From: Heptranchias perlo
Taxonomy: Eukaryota
Length of the DNA: 64,000 nt
Assembly (NCBI RefSeq): GCF_035084215.1
Contig: NC_090325.1
Coordinates: 22,630,001 to 22,694,000 of the forward strand
Direction: 5' to 3'
The notes beneath the pieces are model-generated. The model was not told the origin of the DNA. It searched no databases and was given only the letters and a program-made list of their open reading frames with translations. Position numbers and translations under genes: made by a program. Shown here one piece after another: positions 23,965-36,544 of the stretch. Every line of letters begins with the position of its first letter. Positions within the stretch are counted from its first letter, which is position 1.

Positions 23965-24814
23965 GAGTCGTACAACACCAGGTTGTAGTCCAACAGCTTT
24001 ATTTGAAATCACAAGCTTTCGGAGCTTAGCTCCTTCGTCAGGTGAGTGAAGAAGGGTTTCCATAAAAGCATCGCATATATAGTCAGAGAATAATGTCTGG
24101 TGATTACAGATAATCTTTCCAACTGCCCGTTATCACCCCTCGGCAGAGAGATAATTACAGCAATCAAAGGAGTGGATGGTGTTCAGACAGGTTTAGTCTG
24201 GGACACATTACATTCAAGAATACTGAATACACAAGGGGTCAGATAACAAAGACAGAGAGAGAGAGAGAGAGGCACCCGAAAGGCAGAGAGAGAGAGAGAA
24301 TGACCCGTTGTATTAAAAACAGATAACTTTTTTTCGCTGGTGGGGTTACATGTAGCGTGACATGAACCCAAGATCCCGGTTGAGGCCGCCCTCATGGGTG
24401 CGGAACTTGGCTATCAATTTCTGCTCGACGATTTTGCATTGTCGTGTGTCTTGAAGGCCGCCTTGGAGAACGCTTACCCGAAGATCAGAGGCTGAATGTC
24501 CTTGACTGCTGAAGTGTTCCCCGACTGGGAGGGAACCCTTCTGTCTGGCGATTGTTGTGCGGTGTCCGTTCATCCGTTGTCGCAGTGTCTGCATGGTCTC
24601 GCCAATGTACCATGCTCCGGGGCATCCTTTCCTGCAACGTATGAGGTAGACAATGTTGGCCGAGTCACAGGAGTATGAGCCATGTACTTGGTGGGTGATG
24701 TCCTCTCGTGTGATGGTGGTATCTGTGTCGATCTCAAGTCACCGATCTTCGGGTAAGCGTTCTCCAAGGCAGCCTTCGAGACACACGACAACGCAAAATC
24801 GTCGAGCAGAAATT
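23965..24814 (-). mobile_element. Penelope-like retroelement 3' part: GIY-YIG endonuclease C-terminus, 3' UTR and hammerhead-bearing terminal repeat
   Basis: ORF 24346..24594: TLRQRMNGHR...PVGEHFS...GHS..DL...EQKLIAKFRT...GLN, typical of Penelope GIY-YIG. Confidence 0.88.
24009..24045 (-). ncRNA. minimal hammerhead ribozyme motif at the Penelope 3' end
   Basis: Minus strand: tcac CTGACGA a ggagc-taa-gctcc GAAAGCTT gtga. Confidence 0.75.
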
Positions 24815-24904
24815 ATTTGGCTGGGGGCTACATTGATCACCTGGACTGCAGGATTAGGAGTAGGTCATTGAGCTGCTTGAGCAGGTTCGGTCATTCAATT
24901 AGAT

Positions 24905-27462
24905 CATCGAGCCATTCTGCCATTCATCACGACATTTCTGCAGCTACTGATCTGCTCAATCATACCCTCACCTCCACCTTTCATGCCCTTGTCCCCATTA
25001 AAACCAATACTCTCTCTCACCCTGGTCGTTTCCCCAGTATGGCCCTCATCTTCGCTCCCTTAATTCCAAGGGACACAGACTTGAACGTTTATGGCACACA
25101 ACTGATTTAGCCATTCATCGCCAGATCATGCTGGACCACATAAAGCACTATTGGGTCCTGCTCTCCTCTGCCAAAACTGCTCACTATCCCAGGATCATCC
25201 TGGAATGCAAAGATAAACCCCAGCTTCTCTTCTCCAGTACAAACTGTCTTCTTAAACCCCTCTTCCCTGCCCCCTCCACCCTCACCAACTTTTGAAAACC
25301 ACCCACTTCTGGAGCACATCGACTAATTTGTCACTAAGATTGAGACCATCCATTCAGCTGCCTCTGCCGCTTCCCTCCCTTCCCCTAGACCATTAGGCCA
25401 AATATCCCCTATGGTTCCCCCTTGCTCCAGCTCTGAACTCACATCTTTCTCTAGTTTCTCTCCTATCTCCCTTCAGGCCCTCTCTGAGCTCATCTTGACC
25501 ATAAAGCCCGCCTCCTGCTCCCTCGACCCCATTCCCACCATACTGCTGACCACACAACTTCCCTTCCTGGCCGCCATGTTCGCTGATGATTGCACAGTGT
25601 TCAGTTCCATTTGCAACCCCTCAGATAATGAAGCAGTCCATGCCTGCATGCAGCAAGACCTGGACAACATCCAGGCTTGGGCTGATAAGTGGCAAGTAAC
25701 ATTCGCGCCAGGCAAGTGCCAGGCAATGACCATCTCCAACAAGAGAGAACCTAACCACCTCCCCTTGACATTACCATCGCCAAATCCCCCACCATCAACA
25801 TCCTGGGGGTCACCATTGACCAGAAACTTAACTGGACCAGCCATATAAATGCTGTGGCTACAAGAGCAGGTCAGAGGCTGGGTATTCTGCGGCGAGTGAC
25901 TCACCTCCTGACTCCCCAAAGCCTTTCCACCATCTACAAGGCACAAGTCAGGAGTGTGATGGAATACTCTCCACTTGCCTGGATGAGTGCAGCTCCAACA
26001 ACACTCTAGAAGCTCGACACCATCAAGGACAAAGCAGCCTACTTGATTGGCACCCCATCCACCACCCTAAACATTCACTCCCTTCACCACCGGCGCACGG
26101 TGGCTGCAGTGTGCACCATCCACAGGATGCACGACAGCACCTCCCAAACCCGCAATCTCTACCACCTAGAAGGACAAGGGCAGCAGGTACATGGGAACAA
26201 CACCACCTGCACGTTCCCCTCCAAGTCACACACCATCCCAACTTGGAAATATATCGTCATTCCTTCATCGTCGCTGGGTCAAAATCCTGGAACTCCCTTC
26301 CTAACAGCACAGTGGGAGAACCTTCATCACACGGACTGCAGCGGTTCAAGAAGGTGGCTCACCACCACCTTCTCAAAGGCAATTAGGGATGGCAATAAAT
26401 GCTGGCCTCGCCAGCGACGCCCACATCCCATGTGGTTCCCTCTCCTCGAGTACTGTCCTCCTCCCCTTAAAATCTGCCATCATCACCAACCCCCCCAAAA
26501 AACCACCCTTGACCTCTCTGTCCTTGCAAACTACTGCCCCATCTCCAACCTCCCTTCCCTCTCCAAAGTCCTTGAACATGTTGTCACCTCCTAAATCCAT
26601 TCCCAATCTTTCCCGCAACTCCATATTTGAATCCCTCGAATCAGGTTTCTGCCCCGCCACAGAACTGAAATGGCCCTTATCCAAGTCACAAATCACATCC
26701 TATGTAACTGTAATGATGGTGAACTATCCCTCCTCATCCTTCTCAACCTGTCTACAGCCTTTGACATGGTTGACCACCCCATCCTTCTCCAACGCCTCTC
26801 TTCCATCGTCCAGCTGGGTGGGACAGCCCTCGCCTGGTTCCATTCTTATCTATTCAGTCGTAGCCAGAGAATCTCCTGCAATGGCTTCTCTTCCCATGCC
26901 CGCCAATGCTCTCCTGGCTGGTCTCCCATCTTCCAACCTCCATAAATTTGAGCTCATCCAAAACTCTGCTGCCCATATCCTAACTTGCACTAAGTCCCAT
27001 TCACCCATCACAACTGTGTTCGCTGACCTACATTGGCTCTCAGTTCGGGAATGCTTCAATTTTAAAGATCTTATCCTTGTTTTCAAATCCCTCCAATGCC
27101 TCGCCCCTCCCTATCTCTGTAACCTCCTCCAGCCCTACAACCCTCCGAGATCTCTGAGCTCCTCCAATTCTTGCCTCTTTCACATCCCCAATTTTAATTG
27201 CTCTACCATTGGCGGCCGTGCCTTCAGCTGCCTAGACCATAATCTCTGGAATTCCCTCCCTAATCCTTTCCGCCTCTCTAGCTCTCCCTTCTCCTTTAAG
27301 ATGCTCCTTAAAGCCTACCTCTTTGACCAAGGTTTTGGTCACCTGCCCTAATATCTCCTTATATGTCTCGGTTTCAAATTTTGTTTGATAATTGCTGCTG
27401 TGAAGGGCCTTGGGGTTTTTCACTACGTTAAAGGCACTATATAAATGCAAGTTGTTGTTGTC
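24905..27462 (+). mobile_element. L2 LINE, decayed, with nested LINE
   Basis: SCSLDPIPT, LLNLSTAFDMVDH, IQNSAAHIL...HWL, GGRAFS...WNSLP; tail TATAAATGCAAGTTGTTGTTG. Confidence 0.9.
25576..26431 (+). mobile_element. non-LTR LINE RT 3' fragment nested in L2
   Basis: MFADD...QQDLDNIQAWADKWQVTF; HSLHHRRTVAA; same 3' tail as 19910-20215. Confidence 0.88.
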
Positions 27463-27464
27463 GT

Positions 27465-28560
27465 TGATCGTGATTGATCTGTATCTTAACTTCATCTACC
27501 CTCCTTGGTTCCATATCCCTTGACTAACAAAAATCTATCAATCTCAGCTTTGAAATTTTCAATTGACCCCCAGCCTCAACAGCTTTTTGGGGGGCAAGGT
27601 TCCAGATTTCCACTATCCTCGGTGTGAAGAAATGCTTTCTGACATCACCCCTGAATGGCCTTAGCTCTAATTTTAAGGTTATGACTGTTTGTTCTGGACT
27701 CTCCTGCCAGAGGAAATAGTTTCTCTCTATCTACCCTATCAAATCCTTTAATCATCTTAAAAACCTCAATTAGTTCACCCCTTGATCTTCTGTATTCATG
27801 GGAATACAAGCCTATTCTATGCAACCTGTCCTCATAATTTAACCCTTTTAGCGCCGGTATCATTCTGATGAATCTGGCTGCACCCCCTCCAAGGCCAATA
27901 TATCATTCCTGAGGTGCGGTTCCCAGAACTGAATTCAGTACTACAGATGGGGTCTAACCAGAGCTCTGTACAGCTGTAACATAACTTCCACCCCTTTGTA
28001 CTCCAGCCATCTTGAGATAAAGGCCAACATTGCATTAGCCTTTTAAATTATTTTTTGTACCTGTCCACTAGTTTTTAGTGATTTCTGTACTTGGACCACT
28101 AAATCTCTTTGCTCTTCCACAGTTCCTAGCTTTTTGCCATTTAGAAAATACTCTGATCTATCTTCCTTAGGTCCACAGTGGATGATCTCACATTTCCCCA
28201 CATTGAACTCCATCTGCTGCAGTTTTGCCCACTCATTTAATCTATCAATGTCCCTTTGCAACTTTCTGCTCCCATCTACACTACTTACTGTGATACTTAA
28301 TGTAGTGCCGAGAGCAAACTTAGATATACAACTCTCTATTCCTTCATCTAAGTCATTTATAAATATAGTGAAAAGCTGCAGCCCCAGTACAGATCCCTGG
28401 AGGAGACCACTAGTCACATTCTGCCTATTTGAGTACATGCCCATTATCCCTACTCTCTGTCTCCTACCTCCTAACCAATTCCCTATCCATGTCAATAGGT
28501 TGCCTCCAATTCCACGCACTCTCATTTTTGTTGACAGTCTCTTATGTGGAACCTTGTTGA
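27465..28560 (-). mobile_element. CR1 LINE RT fragment
   Basis: ORFs 28043..28591 and 27645..27863. Confidence 0.9.
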
Positions 28561-29231
28561 GTGCTATCAGCATGATCTGTAAAAACTCCAACGAAACTCC
28601 CCTGTCTGCTGAAGGAGTGAGGCCTCCACACTGAGCAGCCTCCCACCTCGCTTTGACTCTGAAAACACTCCACGCCAGGCCAACCCAGTAATTGGCTTGT
28701 GGGCCCCTTCAGACATGTGGCCCCATGAACGGGTACTGCAAAATAATGCTGGGTGCTGTAACCATTTCTCTGAGGCTGGATTTGACGAAACTACAGCCTT
28801 GACTATTTTACATAATTCAAGCTGCAAGGTTGGTTTTGTGAGGGCGCATTTCATTCAACGAGAATAGGTGAGGTTGACGTCATTAGGAGTGATGTCACTA
28901 GCGGAGCAGTAGCTTTTTAGCATGCGCTGAGAGTGACATCAGTGGGTGGCCCGGTGGACACGCACAGGAGGATGTCACGTGTCGATCAAAAACCAGAAGT
29001 ACCCACACTGTCACTAATCACTCCATCAAACTGAACACTCCAGGAGAGAGCTGCAGTGACAGATGGGGCATTGCGTGTGGACCATTGGTTTATTGGGTAG
29101 AAAGTGTGGCAGGCTCACCTTTTACATTACAAAGTGAATAGAGACACTGCGTCCGATGACGTCACTTGTCGCGCATTCGCCAGGCTTTCCGAGAAATCAA
29201 CTCACGGCCGTTCACATTCGAGTGAAATCCA

Positions 29232-29329
29232 GGTCTAATGGGGGGAGGAGGAGAGTGAGATCCTGGTCTAATGGTGGGGGTAGGAGAGTGAGATCCTGGT
29301 CTAATGGTGGGGGAAGGAGAGTGTGATCC
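29232..29329. repeat. 33-bp minisatellite x3 (GGTCTAATGGTGGGGGTAGGAGAGTGAGATCCT)
   Basis: Three tandem copies directly visible. Confidence 0.85.
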
Positions 29330-29417
29330 ATCTCCACGTCTGGACCACGTTCTCCGTCTGTTCCCCCAACTTGGTTGGGATCACATTCTCTCCCCCTACG
29401 CTGTGCTCTGCTCTATC

Positions 29418-32400
29418 CAGGCTCCCCTCTTCCCCTCTGCTTCTGCTCCCCCTTCCCCACTGCTTTTGCTTCCCCCCTGTTTCTCCCCTTTCCCCTGCTC
29501 CCCCTCTCCCCTTTCCCCTGCTTCCCACATCTCTCCTTCCCCCATGCTCCCCTCCCCCCTGTTCCCCCTCTTCTCCTCTAGCCCTGCTCCCCTCCCCCCT
29601 GCTCCCCCTCTTCTCCCCTTCCCCCTGCTCCCCCTTCACCCCTTTCCCCTGCTCCCCCTTCACCCCTTTCCCCTGCTCCCCACATCTCCCCTTCCCCCAT
29701 GCTCCCCTTCTCCCATTCCCCCTGCTCCCTCTCTTCTCCTCTCCCCCCTGCTCCCCCTCTTCTCCCCTCCCTCTGCTCCTCCTCTTCTCCCCTGCCCCCT
29801 CATCTCCCCTTCCCCCCTGCTCCCCCTCTTCTCCCTTCCCCCTCTTCTCCCCTTCCCCCCTGCTCCCCCTCTTCTCCCCTTCCCCCTGCTCCCCTTCTCC
29901 CCTTTCCCCTGCTCCCCACATCTCCCCTTCCCCCATTCTCCCCTTCTCCCATTCCCCCTGCTCCCTCTATTCTCCGCTTCCCCTGCTCCCCCTCTTCTCT
30001 CCTTCCCCCCTCTTCTCCCCTTCCCCCTCTTCTCCCCTTCGCCCTGCTCCCCCTCTTCTCCCCTTTCCCCCTGCTCCCCCTCTTCTCCCCTTCCCTCCTG
30101 CTCCCCCTCTTCTCCCCTCCCTCTGCTCCTCCTCTTCTCCCCTGCCCCCTCTTCTCCCCTTCCCCCCTGCTCCCCCTCTTCTCCCCTTCCCCCCGCTCCC
30201 CCTCTTCTCCCCTCCCCCTCTTCTCCCCTCCCCCCTGCTCCCCCTTCTAACCCCTCCCCCCTGCTCCCCTTTCTCCCCTCCCCCCTGCTCTCCTTTCCCT
30301 CCCCTCCCCCCTGCTCCCCTGCTCCCCTCCCCCTGCTCCCCTTCTCCCCTCCCCCTGCTCCCCTTCTCCCCTCCCCCTGCTCCCCTTCTCTCCCCTCCCA
30401 CCTGCTCCCCCTTCTCCCCTCCCCCCTGCTCCCCTTCTCTCCCCTCCCCCTGCTCCCCTTCTCCCCTCCCCTGCTCCCCATTCTCACCTCCCCCCTGCTC
30501 CCCCTTTTCCCCTGCTCCCCCTCTCCCCTTTCCCCTGCTTCCCACATCTCTCCTTCCCCCATGCTCCCCTCCCCCCTGCTCCCCCTCTTCTCCTCTAGCC
30601 CTGCTCCCCTCCCCCCTGCTCCCCCTCTTCTCCCCTTCCCCCTGCTCCCCCTTCACCCCTTTCCCCTGCTCCCCCTTCACCCCTTTCCCCTGCTCCCCTC
30701 ATCTCCCCTTCCCCCATGCTCCCCTTCTCCCCTTCCCCCATGCTCCCCTTCTCCCCTTCCCCCTACTCCCCCTCTTCTCCTCTCCCCCTGCTCCCCCTCT
30801 TCTCCCCTCCCTCTGCTCCTCCTCTTCTCCCCTGCCCCCTCTTATCCCCTTCCCCCTTTTCTCCCCTTCCCCCTTCTCCCCTTCTCCCCTTTCCCCTGCT
30901 CCCCACATCTCCCCTTCCCCCATGCTCCCCTTCTCCCATTCCCCCTGCTCCCTCTATTCTCTGCTCCCCCTGCTCCCCCTCTTCTCTCCTTCCCCCCTCT
31001 TCTCCCCTTCCCCCTCTTCTCCCCTTCCCCCTGCTCCCCCTCTTCTCCCCTTCCCCCCTGCTCCCCCTCTTCTCCCCTTCCCCCTGCTCCCCCTCTTCTC
31101 CCCTGCCCCCTCTTCTCCCCTTCCCCCCTGCTCCCCCTTCTAACCCCTCCCCCCTGCTCCCCTTTCTCCCCTCCCCCCTGCTCCCCTTTCTCTCCCCTCC
31201 CCCCTGCTCCCCTTTCTCTCCCCTCCCCCTGCTCCCCTTTCTCTCCCCTCCCCCTGCTCCCCTTCTCCCCTCCCCCTGCTCCCCTTCTCTCCCCTTCTCT
31301 CCCCTCCCACCTGCTCCCCCTTCTCCCCTCCCCCCTGCTCCCCTTCTCTCCCCTCCCCCTGCTCCCCTTCTCCTCTCCCCTCCCCCTGCTCCCCTTCTCC
31401 TCTCCCCTCCCCCCTGCTCCGCCTTCTGCTCTCCCCTGCTCCCCATTCTCACCTCCCCCCTGCTCCCCCTTCTCCCCTCCCCCCTGCTCCCCCTCTTCTC
31501 CCCTCCCCCCCGCTCCCCTTCTCCCCTCCCCCCTGCTCCCCCTCTTCTCCCCACCCCCCCCGCTCCCCCTCTTCTCCCCACCCCCTGCTCCCACTCTTCT
31601 CCCCACCCCCTGCTCCCCCTCTTCTCCCCTTCCCACCTGCTCCCCCTCTTCTCCCCTTCCCACCTGCTCCCCCTCTTCTCCCCTCCCCCTGCTCCCCCTC
31701 ATCTCCCCTTCCCCCCCTGCTCCCCCTCTTCTCCCCTCCCCCCGCTCCCCTTCTCCCCTCCCCCTGCTCCCCCTCATCTCCCCTTCCCTCCGCTCCCCCT
31801 CTTCTCCCCTTCCCCCCTGCTCCCCCTTCTCCCCTCCCCCTGCTCCCCTTCTCCCCTCCCCCCTGCTCCCCTTCTCCCCTCCCCCTGCTCCCCTTCTCCC
31901 CTCCCCCTGCTCCCCTCTTCTCCCGTTCCCCCCTGCTCCCCCTCTTCTCCCCACCCCCTGCTCCCCCTCTTCTCCCCTCCCCCCGCTCCCCCTCTTCTCC
32001 CCACCCCCTGCTCCCCCTCTTCTCCCCTTCCCACCTGCTCCCCCTCTTCTCCCCTTCCCACCTGCTCCCCCTCTTCTCCCCTTCCCACCTGCTCCCCCTC
32101 TTCTCCCCTCCCCCAGCTCCCTCTCTTCTCCCCTCCCCCTGCTCCCCCTCATCTCCCCTTCCCTCCGCTCCCCCTCTTCTCCCCTTCCCCCCTGCTCCCC
32201 CTTCTCCCCTCCCCCTGCTCCCCCTTCTCCCCTCCCCCTGCTCCCCTTCTCCCCTCCCCCCTGCTCCCCTTCTCCCCTCCCCCCTGCTCCCCTCTTCTCC
32301 CCTTCCCCCCTGCTCCCCCTCTTCTCCCCTTCCCCCCTGCTCCCCCTCCCCCCTGCTCCCCCTCTTCTCCCCTTCCCCCCTGCTCCCCCTTTCCTCCTTC

Positions 32401-32490
32401 CTCCCCGTTTCCACTCTTCCCCCCCCCCCCACTTCTCCTGTTCCCCTCCTCCCCCGCTACTCCTCCGGACTCTGCTGTCCTCCCCCCTTA
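29418..32490. repeat. 3.1-kb polypyrimidine/polypurine satellite built from CCCCTGCTCCCC and CTCTTCTCCCC units
   Basis: Plus strand is almost entirely C/T; explains the Pro-rich and Gly/Glu/Arg-rich ORFs. Confidence 0.97.
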
Positions 32491-33344
32491 TTTGCAAAGG
32501 CTGCATTTTTGGTGCTCGGCCTCCGGTCCGCGCTTTTAGTGAACGGCAGCGAGGGCAGTTGGTGACCTACAAAGCCCATTCACAGCCCAACACACCCCGG
32601 GCCCGAGTTCACATGCACGTCATCGATAGCGGAAGCAGTTAGTCCCTGGCACTAGTCACAGCGTATTCTCTTCAGGACCATAAACAACAGCTAATCAGAC
32701 TAGTAACCAAGATACTAGCTTGACATTTGTATGACCTTAGTCCCAAGCTTGTGGATGATGTAGGACAAGTGTTAGCTCACAAATTGCCTGGGATATTCCA
32801 GGCTTCCTGGACTGGCCAGATTTTCTTACCATTCCAGCTCATACACTATGATGTTGAAAAATGCCCTAACATTACAGTAATAAACCCACTCACTGCTAAA
32901 ATTAAACACTTCATAAAATTAAATATTTCTTCAAAACTTTACTTATAGAATTGTAGAAGAAGGCCATTCAGAGGCCACATCTACTTTGCCCCATCTTTTC
33001 ATTATCTGACCTAGATTCTCTTTTCTTTCACTATTTTAACTAGTTACATTGTTCATTATTTTTGTCTTTCTTAAAAAAAAAATCACCTCATTTCTCTACA
33101 ATTTTTAAACTTTTAAATGCTGAATTAACCTGTTTTCCAGTGTGTTCGATTAACTCCACCCCCATTTCTGAGTATGGGATCCACCTCGTTGTATCTCGAT
33201 TAAAAAAACAGCTCCCAAGTAAGAATTTAAAATTGCATAAATAAAAAGAAAACAATGGCAAATATTGGACATCTGAAACAAAAATAGAAAATGTTGGAAA
33301 TATGCAGCAGGTCAGTCAGCTGCTGATGGGAGAAAGGGCAGAAA

Positions 33345-33428
33345 GGACAGCAAAGTCCCACCAACAGCAATAAGATGAATGACCAGTTAATTTGCTTTCA
33401 GTGGTGTGGTTGAGGGATGAATGGTATT
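33345..33428 (-). mobile_element. Deu-domain SINE, left part of a copy split by the retrovirus-like insertion
   Basis: CAGCAAAGTCCCACCAACAGCAAT...GACCAGTTAAT...TGGTTGAGGGATGAATG is the reverse complement of the SINE middle. Confidence 0.6.
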
Positions 33429-33549
33429 GGAGAATTAAACTACGGAAGTAATCCAAGAAAATGGTTTTCAGTCTTAATCTCCAATAGGCCCTGGTGACTC
33501 CGCATGGCCTTATCTAAAGTTCTCATCTTATTAGCATAACATACCTATC

Positions 33550-34232
33550 TCAAGCCATTTGCTCTTCTAGTCTAAGTTTCATTTGGTTAATATTACACAT
33601 CATGATACAGACAAAGAAAATCATAATACAGTGTATAGAAAACTATAGTATACCATATAATCAAGAAACCATAGACTTTAAAGATTCTCCAGCTCTCCTT
33701 TTACCATTATCCATCTTGTGGATATTCTTGCTAAGTATTATTTCTCCCTGGCCCTCAGTTGTCCCAATTTCATCGTTAACTCAAAGGAACCCAACCCTGA
33801 ATTTTGGAAATCCAAATTCGATGTCCCTCTTTGCTTTAATTTCAATCCCTCTGATAGGTACCAGTGTGTTTAACTCTATCCTGATTGTTTCATTAAAATG
33901 TTGGTTTCTCTATGGAGCAACTGCCTTGATTAAAAAGTTTTCTCACTCTCCTGAGCCACATTAACCATTCCACGTAGTGCTGTTATCAAGTATCTGAGCA
34001 TGTCTGAGACCCGATCTTCGGTGCATCTTCATCACACATTCTGCATATTAGTTGCCTCACCCCGCAATATATCACATTTGCACACACACTCATATCGCAA
34101 GATCATGCCATTGACATCAGATACAAGCCATTCCTGGGCTTTCAAGTTATCAGATCGGGGAGGTGTCTGGAGGTCTTTACTTATTCCCCCCCTGCATGGT
34201 CCCAATGTCTCAGGTAGTGGCCAGGCTATCAA
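33550..34232 (-). pseudogene. decayed type-I membrane glycoprotein (env-like) remnant
   Basis: Cys cluster YECVCKCD, NET sequon, hydrophobic LYGIL*FSIHCIMIFFVCIMMC segment and short tail; several stops and at least one frameshift. Confidence 0.4.
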
Positions 34233-34584
34233 ATGAATTTTTTTTATTGTTCAGTATAGGCACAAACATCTCCAAGAGAAAGCTGTCAATTAATTATTCT
34301 CACCTACACTTGCCTGACTTTCACTAGAATGTGCATTGATATCAGATTGATATCTTTTGGCGAATCATGCCCAGGTGATTTATGATACTCGTGGATGCAT
34401 GCACATATCTTTCCCTAACCCCTTTGGTTTGGTTCCTGAAATTCGGCCATGATCACCTCGGGCGATGACGTTAGCAAAATTCCAATTAATTACCATTTCA
34501 TCTCATTCCTGGAGGAACTTTACTGTCCAATACAATTATTATTAACCCATAAAATATAGACTAAACGTTCCCAACTTGGTCCAA

Positions 34585-35404
34585 GTTTTTTTTTATTCAT
34601 TCATGGGATGTAGGCATTATTGCCCATCCCTGAATGTCCTTGAGAAGGTGGTGGTGAGCCGCCTTCTTGAACCGCTGCAGTCCGTGTGGTCCACAATGCT
34701 GTTAGCTAGGGAGTTCCAGGATTTTCACAGTGACGATGAAGGAACAGCGATATATTTCCAAGTCAGGATGGTGTGTGACTTGGAGGGGAACCTGCAGGTG
34801 GTCGTCTTCCCATGTGTCTGCTGCCCTTGTCCTTCTAGATGATAGAGGTCACAGATTTGGGAGGTGCTGTCGAAGAAGCCTTGACGAGTTGCTGCAATGC
34901 ATCTTGTAGATGGTACACACTGCAGCCACGATGCGCTGGTGGTGAAGGGAGTGAATATTTAAGGTGGTGGATGGGGTGCCAATTAAGCGGGCTGCTTTGT
35001 CCTGGATGGTGTCGAGCTTCTTGAGTGTTGTTGGAGCTGCACTTATCCAGGCAAGTGGAGAGTATTCAATCATACTCCTGACTTGTGCATGGTAGATGGT
35101 GGAAAGGCTTTGGGGAGTCAGGTGGTGAGACACTCGCTGCAGAATACCCAGCCTCTGACCTGCTCTTGTAGCCACAGTATTTATGTGGATGATCCAGTTA
35201 AGTTTCTGGTCAATTGTGACTCCCATGATGTTGATGGTGGGGGATTCAGTGATGGTAATGCCTTTGAATGACAAGGGGAGGTGGTTAGACTCTCTCTTGT
35301 TGGAGATGGTCATTGGCTGGCACTTGTGTGGCGCAAATGTTAATTGCCACCAATATTGTCCAGGTCTTGCTGCATGCGGGCACAGACTGCTTCATTATCT
35401 GAGG
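34585..35404 (-). mobile_element. non-LTR LINE 3' fragment (family of 25576-26431)
   Basis: ORF 34849..35313: GVTIDQKLNW...YHAQVRSMIEY...HSLHHQR. Confidence 0.88.
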
Positions 35405-35741
35405 TGAAGTTATCAACACATCTTTGTTTATTTTACCTAAACTCTTCTTGGACCTTTTATTTCCCAAAATATCCCGCTATATTGTGTTTGAGTCCATATT
35501 ATCATTTCAAAATTATTCAAATTCCACAGAGCGGTATTGTTGGACTGACAGGACTTGTCAATGTTCAATTTTATTTCCAAGAAAAAATTTCTTCCTCAAT
35601 ACACAGCATTGGGCAGGAACCATTTAGACTGGGCTCTTTTTTAAAATAAACATTGGATTATTCCCTTAAACTTCAGGTAAATTTTCCCTTCTCGAGTGCT
35701 TGAAGAGCAACTCATGTGGTCCCGAAAACCATGGTCCCCTA

Positions 35742-36544
35742 TGTAACAGATTCGGACATGACGCCAAATGGTCATCAATGTCTTACTTATTAATAGTCGA
35801 ATCAAAGATGTAAAAGTATCCAATATTGTAAGACAGTAATAATACAGAGTGAAGAGAATTATGATACAGAGATTAAAACCTTATTACCCAGTTTGATCTC
35901 TGGGCAGAGTTCATAACTTAGTTGGCAGCGTAGTTGTTTCAAGTCTTCTGACAGTTTCAAAGTCTTCTTACAGCTTGATCAATCTCTGGGCAAAGGTTGT
36001 AGTCTTCTGACTGCTGGGTGTTGTTCTCTGCCCTGAGCTCAAATGGGTTTTTAAAGCTCCATGGCAGGAACCTCATATCATATATGGCATTGTCATTCAT
36101 AAAATTTTTATCGATTTACGAGGTTGTTTTTCCACAAAATACAATGTTGCCAGCTTGACCCATCCGGTCACAAGATCCTTTGCAAGGTTGTATTTTTTTA
36201 CAGAATTCAAGTGGTCAGTTTGACTCATCCTGTCATAAAACCCTCTGCAACATGGTTTCTCACAGAGGTCAAGTGACCACCTGGTCGACTCTTATACATC
36301 TAGCTGCCAGCCCTTATTCTGTTCTGATCACCATCCTTGTCGCTTTTGCTGAATCATTGTCCATTGCTGTCTTGCCAGGCAATGGAAATGACCAAGGTCA
36401 GTCATTAGTCAATAGTCAGTATTCACAATTCAGCAAATCAAAATAACACACCTTGCAAATTAAAGCAGCACAGTTTGCAAAGCATGATGGTTAGTAGCAT
36501 TAAGAAAAATATGTCAATTTGTATCTATCCCTAATATTCTTACA
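35742..36544 (-). mobile_element. solo LTR (TGTAAG...GTTACA), 803 bp
   Basis: TG...CA termini; flanks ccta/cctg (imperfect 4-bp TSD); both ends homologous to 48788-49689. Confidence 0.75.

Noticed and set aside
29232-29329. 33-bp repeats superficially like a CRISPR array
   Set aside because: Head-to-tail minisatellite with no spacers, in a vertebrate genome.
29301-32642. Very long Pro-rich (1112 aa) and Gly/Glu/Arg-rich ORFs
   Set aside because: Artefact of a C/T-only satellite that rarely forms stop codons; open in nearly all frames on both strands.
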